This document shows, piece after piece, positions 13,190-25,320 of a DNA stretch of 63,610 nucleotides (position 1 is the stretch's first letter; each line of letters starts with the position of its first letter). The DNA lies in the NCBI GenBank assembly GCA_028534125.1, contig CM052818.1:1676391-1740000 (forward strand). The letters are read 5' to 3'. The notes under the pieces were generated by a model. The model was not told where the DNA came from, ran no database searches, and was given only the letters and a program-made list of their open reading frames with translations. The position numbers and the translations under genes are program-made. The DNA comes from Lama glama. Taxonomy: Eukaryota.

Positions 13190-13480
13190 CAATGAGTAGA
13201 AGAATTTTGGAAATCTTAGAATAGGAGGGATTGCTAAAGAGATTGGAATAAAAGTTGTTGGTACAGATTTTATAGCATGTTGGGAAATACTCCAGGGATG
13301 GGATTTAACTTGGATACTATTATGATATAGTGTCCAGATGTTATTATGTAGAGGGTTTGATTAGGGAGTAAACTAGGCATGTACCAAACATGTAAGGATG
13401 CATGTTCAGACTGGTTTTCAAAAACTCCACATTTTAGTGAGAGCTACGTAACCAGAGGTTCACTTGAACAGAGGGTTTCT
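13190..13480 (+). mobile_element. Highly diverged CR1/L3 fragment
   Basis: Ordered patches resembling the L3 RT region: 'ggagggattgctaa', 'atagtgtccaga', 'tgttcagactgg...ccacatttta'. Confidence 0.4.
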
Positions 13481-13741
13481 GAAGAAATTAGAATTATTTA
13501 TCATTAACTTGGTACCAAATGGTGGGAGCCAAAAGAATCTCCTATAGTAGCCAAACCATTCTTTCCTCCTTCCATGCTCTCTTTCCCAGCTACCTGTTTT
13601 CTATCCCTCTTTCTCCTATAAAGATCAATTGTTAGGTGACCATTTAGGATCAATCACAGAAATAGAGAAAAATGAAAGCAAGAAAACATCAGGGCAGTTT
13701 TGTGTTGCTGTAGAAAGTAGCATCGCCCATTGGTCAGAAGA

Positions 13742-14078
13742 AGTCTTGGTCCATTAGGGCTACTATAACAAAGGTACCACAGACTGGATAGCTTAAATAA
13801 CAGATATTTATTTCTCCCAAATTTGAAGGCTGGGAAGTTCAAGATCAAGGCACTGGTAGATTTGGTGTCTGGTCAGAGCCTGCTTCCTAGTTCATGGATG
13901 TGTCCTCATATGGCAGAAGAAATAGGGAGCTGTCTGGTGCCTCCTTTATAAGGGCACTAATCCCATTTATGAGGGATCCACCATCATGACTTAGTCATTT
14001 CCTGAGCCCTCACTTCCAACTACCATCACATTGTGGGTTAGGACTTCAACATATGAATTGACAGGGGACACACACATA
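13742..14078 (-). mobile_element. MaLR solo LTR (MLT1A-like)
   Basis: 'gctactataacaaaggtaccacagactgg', 'ggctgggaagttcaagatcaagg', 'tttataagggcactaatcccatt'. Confidence 0.9.
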
Positions 14079-14549
14079 AGGTCATCCTTTGATATTCCAT
14101 AATTCTGCTTGAGATGACTTATTTCCTAAGGTTTTTATTACTCTTCTTTCTATCAGATCTTCCATATTTTTATGTTAGTAGAAATTCTTTTTTTTCTTAT
14201 GACAATAAAAGCAATTTGGTTTAGGTACTTCCCTGTACATTTAGAGTCTTGTCTTCATTTAAATGACAGGAAATACTTTTCTTTTCCTACTAATAAAAGA
14301 TAAAATAAATAGACCAAAATTTTAAACTAAAATAGTTTCAGATGTTAGGAAGAACTGCCTGCCTATGAGGATGGGGGAAGTAATAATGTTGGGGCATTGG
14401 GACTGTCCCTAGAAATGTACATGTGTAGAGACTGTCATCAGCCATGGATAAGCCAGGAGATTTCTTCTTCGCCTGGAATGCTGCCCACGGTTTTTATTTA
14501 CTTAAAGCTGTAAGTTCCAGCTACCTAAGAGAAATTAAAAGAAAACAAG

Positions 14550-14655
14550 ATAATAGTGCCAGACATTAAGCATTTTATGCGCATTAACTCATTTAATTCT
14601 TACAACACTTGTGTGAGGTGGATGATCCGGCTATTCTAATGGTATAGATGTACAC
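14550..14655 (-). mobile_element. MIR fragment
   Basis: 'cattaactcatttaattcttacaacac...gtgaggt'. Confidence 0.6.
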
Positions 14656-14717
14656 TCAGCAGTAGAAGTCAATCAGTTAGAAACATTGTTTTACTTTAGT
14701 TGAGTATTTTCCTTCTT

Positions 14718-15176
14718 GTGAGATAATGTTTTGCCTATGTTTTCTTCTAGGAGGTTTATTGTGACTTGTCTTAGGTTTAAGTCTTTGATCCATTTTGAGT
14801 TTATTTTTGTGTATGGTGTGAGGGAGTGTTCTAACTTCATTGATTTACATGCTGCTGTCCAGTTTTCCCCAACACTACTTGTTGAAGAGACTGTCTTTAT
14901 TCCATTGTATATCCTTGCCTCCTTTGTCAAAGATTAATTGGCCAAAAGTTGGTGGGTTCATTTCTGGGCTCTCTATTCTGTTCCATTGGCCCATATGTCT
15001 GTTTTTGTACCAATGCCATGCTGTTTTGATTACAGTAGCATTATAGTATTGTCTTAAGTCTGGGAGGGTTATTCCTCCAGCTTCATTATTTTTCTTGACT
15101 GAAGCACTGTGCTGTATACCAGAAATTGACACAACATTGTAAACTGACTATACTTAAATAAAAAAAAGAAAAAAAA
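14718..15176 (+). mobile_element. Young L1, 5'-truncated and 5'-inverted (antisense ORF2 piece 14718-15096, sense 3' end and poly(A) 15097-15176)
   Basis: Minus-strand translation gives ORF2 '[36 protein letters not shown]' and '[26 protein letters not shown]' with one stop and one frameshift; TTCCTTCTT repeated at 14709-14717 and 15177-15185. Confidence 0.9.
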
Positions 15177-15809
15177 TTCCTTCTTACTTACCCATTCCAT
15201 AGCCATTCCATCATGTATTCCATAGCTATTCCTTCTACCTTTCTTAGATCTCTTGGTTTAGGCTTTCAACATATCTACAATAAACAAAAGTTGATCTTGA
15301 AAGTGAATAATGCCATAAAATATGAGAATCTAGGGCTACAATATTTCAGAAGATGATCCAGTGTTATGGAAAGAAAGTAATGTTTGGGATTGGTAGTTCT
15401 GGTTGGGCATACGCAGCAGACACATGGGATTTCCTGCAGACTTTAGGATTATTTGGATTTAGTGAAGTAAATGGAAAAAGCAGAAACTATTTAAGTATTC
15501 TGATCTTTGCTGGGTTTTCCTTCTTTGAAGTCTCTGCAAGGAGATTTCTTCACCCCAAAGTATTTAAAAGAGTTAACTCTTTCAACTTATAAGTCTTTTG
15601 ATTGAGTCAAGTATTTCAATTCAGCATTCTGATGACTTTTCAACAATGGACTCTGGAAGTCATTATGGCTATGTTTTTGTGATGTGTGATTGCCTCTTCT
15701 AGTTTTTATCCTATTTTATAAACATATTTATAATATTTGATGTTAAAATATTAAGGAGTATTTGCAGACACAGACTTTACTATGTTTGCTCTTTGTATTA
15801 CATGTGGAG

Positions 15810-16380
15810 ATAAATCCATTGAACTCTTCACTGAGTGCAAGGCACTGTGCTAAGCTTTGGATGGAAGAGATAAATAAAAACTGGTCTTGATTTTGGTTTA
15901 TACTCTAGTAGGAAGACACTATATACACTACCAAGTTCTTTAACTCCTGAGGAAAAGAATGCCTACTTACCCCTCACCTGAAAAGTAGGGTCTTTGTTCT
16001 TACAGAGTTTTCTACAGTTTAACAGACAGATCAGACATTCAGTAAGTAATTTTGAATAAGGTGAGCTGGATCGTGAGAGAACTTTCACTTAGTGGCAGAT
16101 GTCGGTGACATTTACAAGCAGCTCAGTAAAGTGTAGCTGGGAAAGGGAACAGCAGCCCCAGAGTAGGAGAGGCTGAGCTACACATGGCCAGATGTTCCAG
16201 AACTCTGTAGACCAAGTTAAGGTGTCAAACGATCTCATAAAAGGAATGGGAAGCCATTGAAAATTTTAAGAAAGGGATGTGATGAGACTTGAGTTTTTAA
16301 AAGGTTGTTCTGATTATAATGTAGAGGAATTGAAGGAAAGCTATGACAGACTTGGGAAAACAAACTAGGAAATTCCTTAG
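15810..16380 (-). mobile_element. L2 fragments
   Basis: 'gtgcaaggcactgtgctaag', 'aatgggaagccattgaaaattttaag'. Confidence 0.65.
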
Positions 16381-16439
16381 TTTATTATATAAGTTAATTG
16401 TAGTCCTGATTCTAAAATATGTGCTAAAGTAAGCACCAA

Positions 16440-17050
16440 AAAAAGTAACATGAGAGGAATCTCATTTATAAACACAGATGTAAATATCACAAATAAAATA
16501 GAATTCAACCTTAATATAACTATCTAGAAATTCATGACTTGTAATCGGGAGCTATTATCACATTTTCCCAGAATTGTAGTGATTGAGAACACATGGAAAC
16601 TTGTTACCAATTACAAGAGACAAAGATTTTTAGAGTTGCAGACTTAGATATAATTGAGTAAATTGCCTGTCTTTTTGGAGAGTTTAGCGATATACAATGA
16701 AGATCATAAAATGACCACTATTTTTGACCTAAAAATACTCTTCATTTTTATAAAATTACCCAAAGGAGGTAAAAGAAAAGTACTACGTAAGATATCTGTA
16801 GCTGCACCATCACACACACATCACACAGTGCAAATATCTAACAGTTGAGAAGAGTTAAACTGTTGTATGTTCATCATAACTGAATATTGTAACCAAAATG
16901 ACAAAACTGTGGACCAGGTTAAAGCATGTGAGGGGCACATGTACATTCTGTACACAGAAAATGTACAACAAAGTCATGTTTAAATAATCAGAAAATGACA
17001 CATCTATAATGATACAATTTTATAAGATATATTCTGTAATGGTAAAAGTA
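16440..17050 (+). mobile_element. Very old L1 fragments
   Basis: 'aatctcatttataaacacagatgtaaatatcacaaataaaata' and A-rich L1ME-like 3' sequence. Confidence 0.45.
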
Positions 17051-17749
17051 GGAAATATGTCAGTTACATCTCTTAGACAGTTTTGTCGACTGTGTAATGA
17101 AGACATTGAATTAAAAGGTATATATTTTCTTTTCAATTCTGTTCTGTGAATTATTTACCCCCTTTTCTGGTAAATATATTTAAGTGGGCAATATATATGA
17201 ATATATCTTGAGAGGTGTCTTAATATGAGTCAGCCTATTCAGGGTAGGAAAAGTTCCTCCTTTCCTTCAACTGGGCCTGCTCTTCCCAAGAGGGAAAAAG
17301 TGTTCAGAATTTTTAGGTCCCTGGGACCATGCTGCTTGCTCCCACTTTGGAAATAGGAGAATCAGACAGGAGCCCCCAGTCATGTGCTATTTAAATAGAA
17401 GAGATTTCTGCACCCTAGAATTATAAACCTTTTATTCACTGGCTTCTTAGGAGAGCTTGAATCTAATCAACTAGAGTTCGGTGTTTTAACAAACCTTAAT
17501 TAATCTGAAGAGTCAGTGGAGATTAAATTTCTAAAAATTTGCAGCATAAGAATATATTGAAACCTGCTATTTATTAGAGCAGGCAAGGGATTTGGTGGAA
17601 TACATTAGAGGGAGACTCTGTGTAACTATACTGGAAGTGTCTTCTTGTAGATCATTTATGTTAAACACAGTGTATATGTTAGCACTGTGATCTACTTACT
17701 CTGCAATGACAGTACAGTAGGATAAATGCTATAAAAGGAAAACTCAGGG

Positions 17750-18870
17750 TACACAGTGCATACCTAACATGAATTAGGGATGGGAGTCTTTTCAGGAAGT
17801 AATGTTGCCATTCACATCCTGTTTTGTAATTATATTGATAACAATTTTTGGAGTTACACATTCGACTGATTTCTGTATTCATTACTGGTCTTTGACAACA
17901 TGATTTTTCCATTCGTGAATTCTTAGTGGACTGGTGGGTGTCTTTGGGTGGTATTTTTGGGAGTAGTTTGAAATGGATTTTGTAAATCTCTTTTAGTGTC
18001 CCAGGGAAATAACATCCTTTTTTCCTCTTCGATGTTTCTCTGTGGCCAGGCTGGTTTTTGTTACTTGGTAATTTATCTCTTTTGCTGCCCACGTATTTGT
18101 AAGCATTGAAGTTCAACAAATTCCCCAGGATATATATCTCAGTATTGGTCTCTTTGCATTTAGTTTGCTAGTTATATGGTGACTCTTTTCCAATCTGTAT
18201 GTGTGGGTCTTTACACTGCTCAAAGTTCTTCTCTATTTTATTAATTTACTTTCTGTGCTCTTTCTTCTTCATAGATTTGAATAATCTTTATGTCATAAAA
18301 AGTTTAAATTCACTGTTACGTTCTTTCTGTTCTTTGCTTCAGGGGAAGATCTGCAACCAAATGTTGGGTTTTTTGATTTTCTTTTTTTTTGTGTGTGGGG
18401 GGGAAGGTAATTAGGTTTGTTTATTAATTTATTTTTTTAATGGAGTTACTGGGGATTGAACCCAGGACCTCATGCCTCCTAAGAGCGCGTTCTACCTCTG
18501 AGCTATACCCTCCCCTAATTTTCAGTATTGATTCTATACTTCACTGTATAGGGCAGATTGTAGTTTTACTTGCATTTTTATTTCTTTACCGTCTTTTGTA
18601 TCATCTGCCTCATTTTAAGATTCCATGAAACTATCACTTTTTCTGTTTTGTTCCTCATTTTTTATTTTTCAACTTTTTTCTCCAGAGAATCTATCTATTC
18701 CTCGAAATCTATTGAAAACGTTAAAATTTCCTTCTGTGCTAGACTTTATCCTATTGTTTACTTCCTTTTTTATTATAAACTCCCCGTGTATTCCTTTAAG
18801 TTACAAATTTCTTCCACGTCTTTCATGTTTCTTTTCTTCCTTTTCCTTAAAACTACGCACCTAACTCTGA
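17750..18870 (-). mobile_element. Very old L1/HAL1-type fragments
   Basis: T-rich, antisense L1-like sequence hosting a SINE; subfamily not resolvable by eye. Confidence 0.4.
18372..18515 (-). mobile_element. Camelid-type tRNA-derived SINE (Vic-1-like)
   Basis: 'ggtaattaggtttgtttatt...ggggattgaacccaggacctcatgc...tgagctataccctcccc'. Confidence 0.9.
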
Positions 18871-18924
18871 AAAGAAAGGTCAATTTGGATCTATTATTTA
18901 TTTGCTTGTGAATAGATTGTCACA

Positions 18925-19078
18925 ACATTACCAGTCAAAGTGTGATCTGCATACTTCTTATCCAGGAATCGTTAGACGTGCAGAATTTCATGCCCTACTC
19001 TGGACTTACTAAATCAGAATCTGCATTTAAACAAGCTACTCAGGTGATTGACATAGATATTAAAGTTTTAAAAGCACA
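18925..19078. mobile_element. MER5-family hAT-Charlie element
   Basis: 'tactaaatcagaatctgcatttaaacaag...caggtgatt...taaagttttaaaagcac'. Confidence 0.75.
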
Positions 19079-19278
19079 AATTTACATTAATGCTAGTAGA
19101 ATACTTACAATCTCAAGTTTGAAGGATGATTGAGGGAAGCATCGCCTAGACCCATTTGATTAACTATTTGATTATCTTTATATAAGGAAGCAATCCACAA
19201 TTCTCCTTGGCATAAAAATTGGGGGAAGGGCAGGAATCAACACGCTACAGAGTACACTACTCTTGTGAGTTTTGCAGA

Positions 19279-19778
19279 NNNNNNNNNNNNNNNNNNNNNN
19301 NNNNNNNNNNNNNNNNNNNNNNNNNNNNNNNNNNNNNNNNNNNNNNNNNNNNNNNNNNNNNNNNNNNNNNNNNNNNNNNNNNNNNNNNNNNNNNNNNNNN
19401 NNNNNNNNNNNNNNNNNNNNNNNNNNNNNNNNNNNNNNNNNNNNNNNNNNNNNNNNNNNNNNNNNNNNNNNNNNNNNNNNNNNNNNNNNNNNNNNNNNNN
19501 NNNNNNNNNNNNNNNNNNNNNNNNNNNNNNNNNNNNNNNNNNNNNNNNNNNNNNNNNNNNNNNNNNNNNNNNNNNNNNNNNNNNNNNNNNNNNNNNNNNN
19601 NNNNNNNNNNNNNNNNNNNNNNNNNNNNNNNNNNNNNNNNNNNNNNNNNNNNNNNNNNNNNNNNNNNNNNNNNNNNNNNNNNNNNNNNNNNNNNNNNNNN
19701 NNNNNNNNNNNNNNNNNNNNNNNNNNNNNNNNNNNNNNNNNNNNNNNNNNNNNNNNNNNNNNNNNNNNNNNNNNNNNN
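19279..19778. other. Assembly gap (500 N)
   Basis: Run of N. Confidence 1.
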
Positions 19779-20039
19779 AAAAAAAATAAAAAAATAAATA
19801 GGCTTGTGTGGGATAGACAAAAATAAAAAAGACTGTGACTTTCTTAGAAAGATTGGGCTCGGTGCTTTTTTAATAATTGAAAATGGAGAATCATTTCTAG
19901 TATTTACTTTATAATTTACACACATTACCTGACTATATATCTCCATGATGTTACTTTTTTGAGCCACATTTTACAATTGAACTAAAATGCAGACAAAGAG
20001 ATAAAGCAACTTGTTTTAATTTAGCTCATAATTGCAGAA

Positions 20040-20225
20040 CCTCAGTTACTTACTGGCTGTGTAACCGTCTCAAGTGGCTAACCTTTGTTTTTCAGTTTCC
20101 TTATTTATTAAAAAAAGGCATTATGCCTTACTGCAAATGGTTCTTGTGAGGACTGAACATGTCACTGTACGTCAAGCATCCAGCATGTTGCCTGGTAAAT
20201 AGTAACTATTCATTGACTGTTTAGA
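20040..20225 (+). mobile_element. MIR SINE
   Basis: 'acttactggctgtgtaacc...tcagtttccttatt...gttcttgtgaggactgaa...gcctggtaaatagtaa'. Confidence 0.75.
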
Positions 20226-21106
20226 TTTTTCCCTTTTCCCCAATTGTGGTTTCCCAGGCACACCTTGTGCCTTCCTGATCTCATGTCTCTTCTCGCTCTT
20301 CTCTCTCTGCCACTAATCATAATCCACTGGAAAGGCACCCGCTTGATTTAGACTAAGGAAGTAATCACAGATCTGCCCAAAGGTATATGCACCAAGAAGT
20401 TTGTCACAGTACTGTGTATAATGACAAATATTTGGAGCAATTTGATTGGTTTAGATTAAATTATTGAATCAAAGTTTGATTTCCTTAACCTGATTAAATA
20501 AATTATAATACATACATACCATATGATATGGTATGGTATACATCTCAGATGTACTGAGGATTAAGTGAGTTGATATTACACAGCACTTACAACAGTGCCT
20601 AGTACATAGCAATCACTGTGCCTTTTAAAAATGATATATTCAAACCACAGAATGTGATACACCTGTTAAAAATGATTTTTTAAAGTCTACTTTTATTTAC
20701 ATTCAAATAGGTCACAATGTATTGTTAAGAAGAATGATATCACTTAAAAATTTCTGGAAAGAGAGATCTGTAATACTTTTTAAAGAGTACGGAGCCAGAA
20801 ATGCAGCCTGATTTTTCCAACACCTGACTTCCCTGGCAATAAGTCAGAACTGGGTTATATGTGGCCTTAAAGAGATTTATTTAATGGTGAGGATTTTTAA
20901 GGATTAGTTGATGTGACTGTCAAAGTCAAAGTGGATTCTTACGGGCCTTGTTTTTATTGACTGAGTAAGAGTGATGAGATTCTAGAGCTCAAACTGATTA
21001 GACTTGCTTGGGGATTAAGGAGCTTTGGGGTTAGTAGCAACTTTCTGTGACTACTGTTACTCAACCAAAAGACAAGGAGAAAAGATGGGGTTTTTCCAAT
21101 GTTTTT

Positions 21107-21246
21107 CAAATTTTATTAATTTTTGGGAGGGGTAGTAATTAGGTAGGTTTGTTTGTTTGTTTATTTTTAGAGGAGGTGCTGAGGATTGAACCCAGGACCT
21201 CATGCATGCTAAGCATATGCTCTACCACTGAACTATATCCTCCCCC
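21107..21246 (-). mobile_element. Camelid-type tRNA-derived SINE (Vic-1-like)
   Basis: 'gattgaacccaggacctcatgcatgctaagcatatgctctaccactgaactatatcctcccc'; TSD tccaatgttttt (21095-21106) / ttcaatgttttt (21247-21258). Confidence 0.92.
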
Positions 21247-21279
21247 TTCAATGTTTTTGACTAAATTTTTAAAAATATA

Positions 21280-23340
21280 CATGTATCTTGGAAAGGAGGA
21301 AACAAAGGTGTCCTTATTAACAGAGTATTTCATCATTGGCCTAAACATTTCAAGTGAATTGACTGAAAAACAATATATTGTTTATTAAAGATGGTCAGTA
21401 ACATGGTCAGATGTAACATTAATATACTAAAACAAATAGTTTTCCTATATGATAGCAAATACCAATAAAGGAAAAAAAATCCCATTTTTAATAAAAGCAG
21501 AATCCATAAAACTCCTGGGGAATAAACCTAAATAGAAATGTACAGCATCTATAGGAAAAATGTTGTAAAATTTTGCTGAAGGACAAACAAGGAGAATAAA
21601 TGAGGGACACAATATGTTCCTGGATCGGATGATCTAGGAATTCTGTTAATATATTTGTCAATATTTTCTCCTTGAAACTAACCAATGAAGTCAGTGGAAT
21701 ATTTATTGAAGACCCTTGTGGAATTTTTAAATGACACTTGAGAGGCTGACTCTCAGCATTGTCTAGCAGTTTAATATGTGATAAGAGCTAAGAAAATTTT
21801 GAACAATAGCTATCATGTTTGAATTCTCACTATGTGTTGGGTACTGGTTTAAGTACTTTACATATCTTTACTTGTTTAATCCTACTAGTAACGAAATGTA
21901 GGAACTATTAGTATCACCATCTTTTCAGATCATGTCTACTAGAAAAGTACAAATAAAATAACTTGCCTGAGATCACCCAACTAGTGAATGACAGGCTTGA
22001 GATTTTAGCATAGACGAATTCTAGTCCCTGTTCAACCACTTCACTACTGCCTGTATACTAAGGAAATACTTTTACTACCTGATATCAAAATACCATAAAG
22101 CTATAAATTAAAAATTATGATTTTGGTATAAGAAAAAAGTTAGCACAATAGGGAAAAAAAAAAGGCCCATGAGAATTTAGCTTATTTATGATAAAGGGGC
22201 TATTTCAAATCAGTCAGAAAAATCCTGGTAAGTGATGCTGTGATTTTTCTCTTTGGGGAAAATCTTGAGTTAGATCCCTGCTTCATTACATTCCCATAAA
22301 TAAATTCTAAATGTATTTAAGACCTAAAAATAAAAGATGTTGAAAGAAAAATAGGGGAATACTTTTGTATGTTCAGGGTGGGAAAAATTTTTTCTAACTA
22401 AAATATAAACTCTAAAGCCATAAAATAAAAGATTGATGAGATTTAAGACTTTAATGTGATAGAAGACAGTGTAAATAAAGTTCAGTCACAGTCTGAGAGA
22501 ATAGTGGCAATCTCTGTAATGAACAATGATTAATATCCAGAATATATTTAAAAACTCTAAAGACCCAATAAGAAAAAAGGCTAACCGCCCAATAAGAAAT
22601 GATCAAAGGACATCAACAGACAGTTCGTAAAATAAGAACTAAAAGTGGCCCCCATGCCAAGATATTTACCTTCATTATTGGTGGAAATTAAAATAATAAT
22701 GAGTTATCATTTTCCAATTATCAGATTAGTAAAGAAAAATTTTGAAATTTATTATACCTAGCATTGTGAAAAGGAGTGAAGAAACTGATACTATTTGAAG
22801 CTGTAAATTAGGGTATAAATTGGTGCAACATGTTTGAGGACAGTTTTAGAAGTAACTACTAGTGTTTTAAATTACCCCTTGCATTGGATCTCTGATAATT
22901 TTACCTTTAAGAATCTATTCTAAAGAGATACTCTCATGTGGACAAGAATATAAATATAAAATATTCATTATAGTATTCTGTGTAAGAATGAGAAATTAGA
23001 ACAAATCTAAATATCTATTAGTAGAGGAATGGTTAAATTATGAATCATTCATAATTGGGATATTATACAACCCTTAAAAAGGTTGACGCATCATCTGTAT
23101 CCTGGCATGAAAAGATCTGCAAGACATACCCTGTTTAAAAAGATAAGTTGCCAAACAATACTTAGCATCAAATCCCATCTGTATCTAAAAATCTGTCTCT
23201 ATTGTGCATATTTATATTTGTTAACAGTTAAATTATCCTTTCATCTTGAAGAAGAAAGAGGGTTTCAGATGGAGGAGAGGGAGAATTTCAACTGTTACTT
23301 GGTATCCTTGAAACTTTTGAGAATGTGTTGACTTATTCCT
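21280..23340 (+). mobile_element. Old L1ME-type ORF2 3' half and 3' UTR, interrupted by a MIR
   Basis: Collinear L1 motifs 'ggggaataaacctaaatagaaatgtacagcatcta', 'tactacctgatatcaaaatac', 'tatccagaatatatttaaaaactcta', 'aaaggacatcaacagacagttc'. Confidence 0.75.
21803..22051 (-). mobile_element. MIR SINE, near full length
   Basis: 'ctcactatgtgttgggtactggtttaagtactttacat...aacttgcctgagatcacccaactagtgaatg...aaccacttcactactgcc'. Confidence 0.8.
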
Positions 23341-24874
23341 TGCATACTTTTTCGAAATACAGTTAATTATAGAAGATAAATTTAGAGGTAGAAAATTCCT
23401 GTAAGATCATTTTGTTCATCTCTTGGCTTTCTTCTTTCTGCAGGTGTATTCTCTGTAGAAAAGTACAAACAGATCGGTCTTTTCACATGACTGCAAACTG
23501 TCTTTTCTCAGGGAATTTAGATCACAAGTAGGAACTTAGGAAAAACTGGAAAACATTCTGTTTATCCTGCATTTTCCTTTGCCTAATTTTATCCCATTAC
23601 ACTAGTTACTTTAAGTCTCTTGAAATGTTTTACTCTTCTCTCCCCCTTGATAGTCACATTCTTTAAATGCCTGGGGAACAGTCATATGACCAGTGTCTTT
23701 TCTATTTCCATTTTAAAAGCATCATTGTACGTGTCTCTTGTATCATGAAATAGCTAGGACACTTTTGGGGGGCAGGCAAAATAGGAAAATAATCATAATA
23801 AATCATGATATCCTCATCTATCTGCTCGACTCCCATCTACCATTTAAATGCAAGCTATACATATAAGAGGCCCTCAATAAATACTGAATAAATTACCTTC
23901 ATCTAAATATTTAGGGGTTTCTTTAGAATGCCCCCTTTTCCCTGTCCATGTGTGTTATATAAAGAGAACAGTGGTATTGTTATTAGAAAGGCCGAGGAAA
24001 TTTGACCCTCTGGTTCTAGCAACTTAGAAAGCTTTTCCACTGGAAAAATCTGAAAGACCTATGTTTCTTCTCCCCCAAGCATATCAAGGTATCATTTCAA
24101 CTAGCTCAAACTATATTTCATTAGAAACTTCCTGTTTTATATTAGAAACTGCCAGAATGAATATAATCATGTATTCAGAACTTCGGGACTACATACTCAT
24201 TTACTCTGAAGCAAATAATATGTTATTTAATAGTAGACTATTATATTATGATTATATAATATGATCAATATATTATTTAATATATTTTTATTTAATATCA
24301 CATAAAATTGAGACTTACATGTTCAGGGTTGTGTTATAATTCTCTATGTACCCTTGGACAAATTTGTAACTAACCCTTCAGTCCTTCATCTTTAAGAGGA
24401 TATCTTTGTATTTATTTTACAGAGAAATTATGAAGCATAATTCTTCTTATTGCAAAGGCTCCTTGCAAATATTTAACTTCTACCTCCTTTTTAATACGGT
24501 CTCTTTCACTATATTCTGAGAAAAATACACACTGTAAGTCTGCTTTTCTCTTCTTAATTTGTTTTATTTTCAGTCATCTACTCTTTTAAAATACATACAT
24601 TAGAAGAGTCTTCAGAATGTCATCTGGTCTAATAACCAGGTAAGCAGATGCTTCAAGAGCCCAGGACAGAGTCATCTTTTCTTTCTTAGGAAGATGCAAA
24701 CTTCACATCCTTTCTTTTCAGTCACTTAGCCCAGAGCTCGAGCCCTGTTCCGGTTCTTACTGTTTAAATAAACACCAACTGTGGTGCTCCTTGACCATGG
24801 AGGACAGCTCAGGATCTACTCGTATGAACGTTCCTTAGACTTAATGGGCAATTTTAACTTACCCGTTAATCATC

Positions 24875-25320
24875 TCTAATAGTTATCTTCTATTGCATAA
24901 CAAATTATTTCAAACTTGGTGGCATACAATAGCACATCTTTTTATCTTGCAGTTTCTGTGGGTCAGCAGTGAGTGTGGCTTAGCTGGGTTCTCTGGCTCG
25001 GGGTCTCTATTAAAGCTGCAGTCATTTCAGAGCTCTAGTGGGAAAGGCTTACTTCCTTGCTTCCTCAGTAGTTGGTTGTTGGAGGATCCGTTTCCTGACA
25101 GGTTGTTGGACTGAGGTCTCAGTTCCCCAAGAGCAGTTGGCCACAGACCTTTTAGTTCTTTGGTACATGGGCCTTCCCATAGAGCATCTCACAACATGGC
25201 AGCTTGTTTCATCAGAGCCAGCAAGTGAATGGGTGAGAGTATGATGGCGAGACGGAAGTCTCCGTCTTTTGGAACCTACTCACAGACATGGCATGTTTCT
25301 TTTTCCCATATTCTGTTTTT
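24875..25320 (-). mobile_element. MaLR LTR (MLT1E/F-like)
   Basis: 'tgcataacaaattatttcaaacttggtggcat', 'gtttctgtgggtcag...ggcttagctgggttctctggctc', 'ctcacaacatggcagcttgtttcatcagagcc'. Confidence 0.85.

Noticed and set aside
14691..15132. ORFs with clear protein similarity
   Set aside because: L1 ORF2 fragment with a stop and a frameshift, not a host gene
17679..18119. 146-aa minus-strand ORF
   Set aside because: Lys/Asn-rich reading of T-rich old-repeat-like sequence with no recognisable homology
19219..19967. Long ORFs across the first gap (and 51279-51911 across the third)
   Set aside because: Artefacts of translating N runs
23420..23530. Strong plus-strand acceptor ctttcttctttctgcag|G at 23443/23444
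   Set aside because: No good donor nearby and no recognisable peptide
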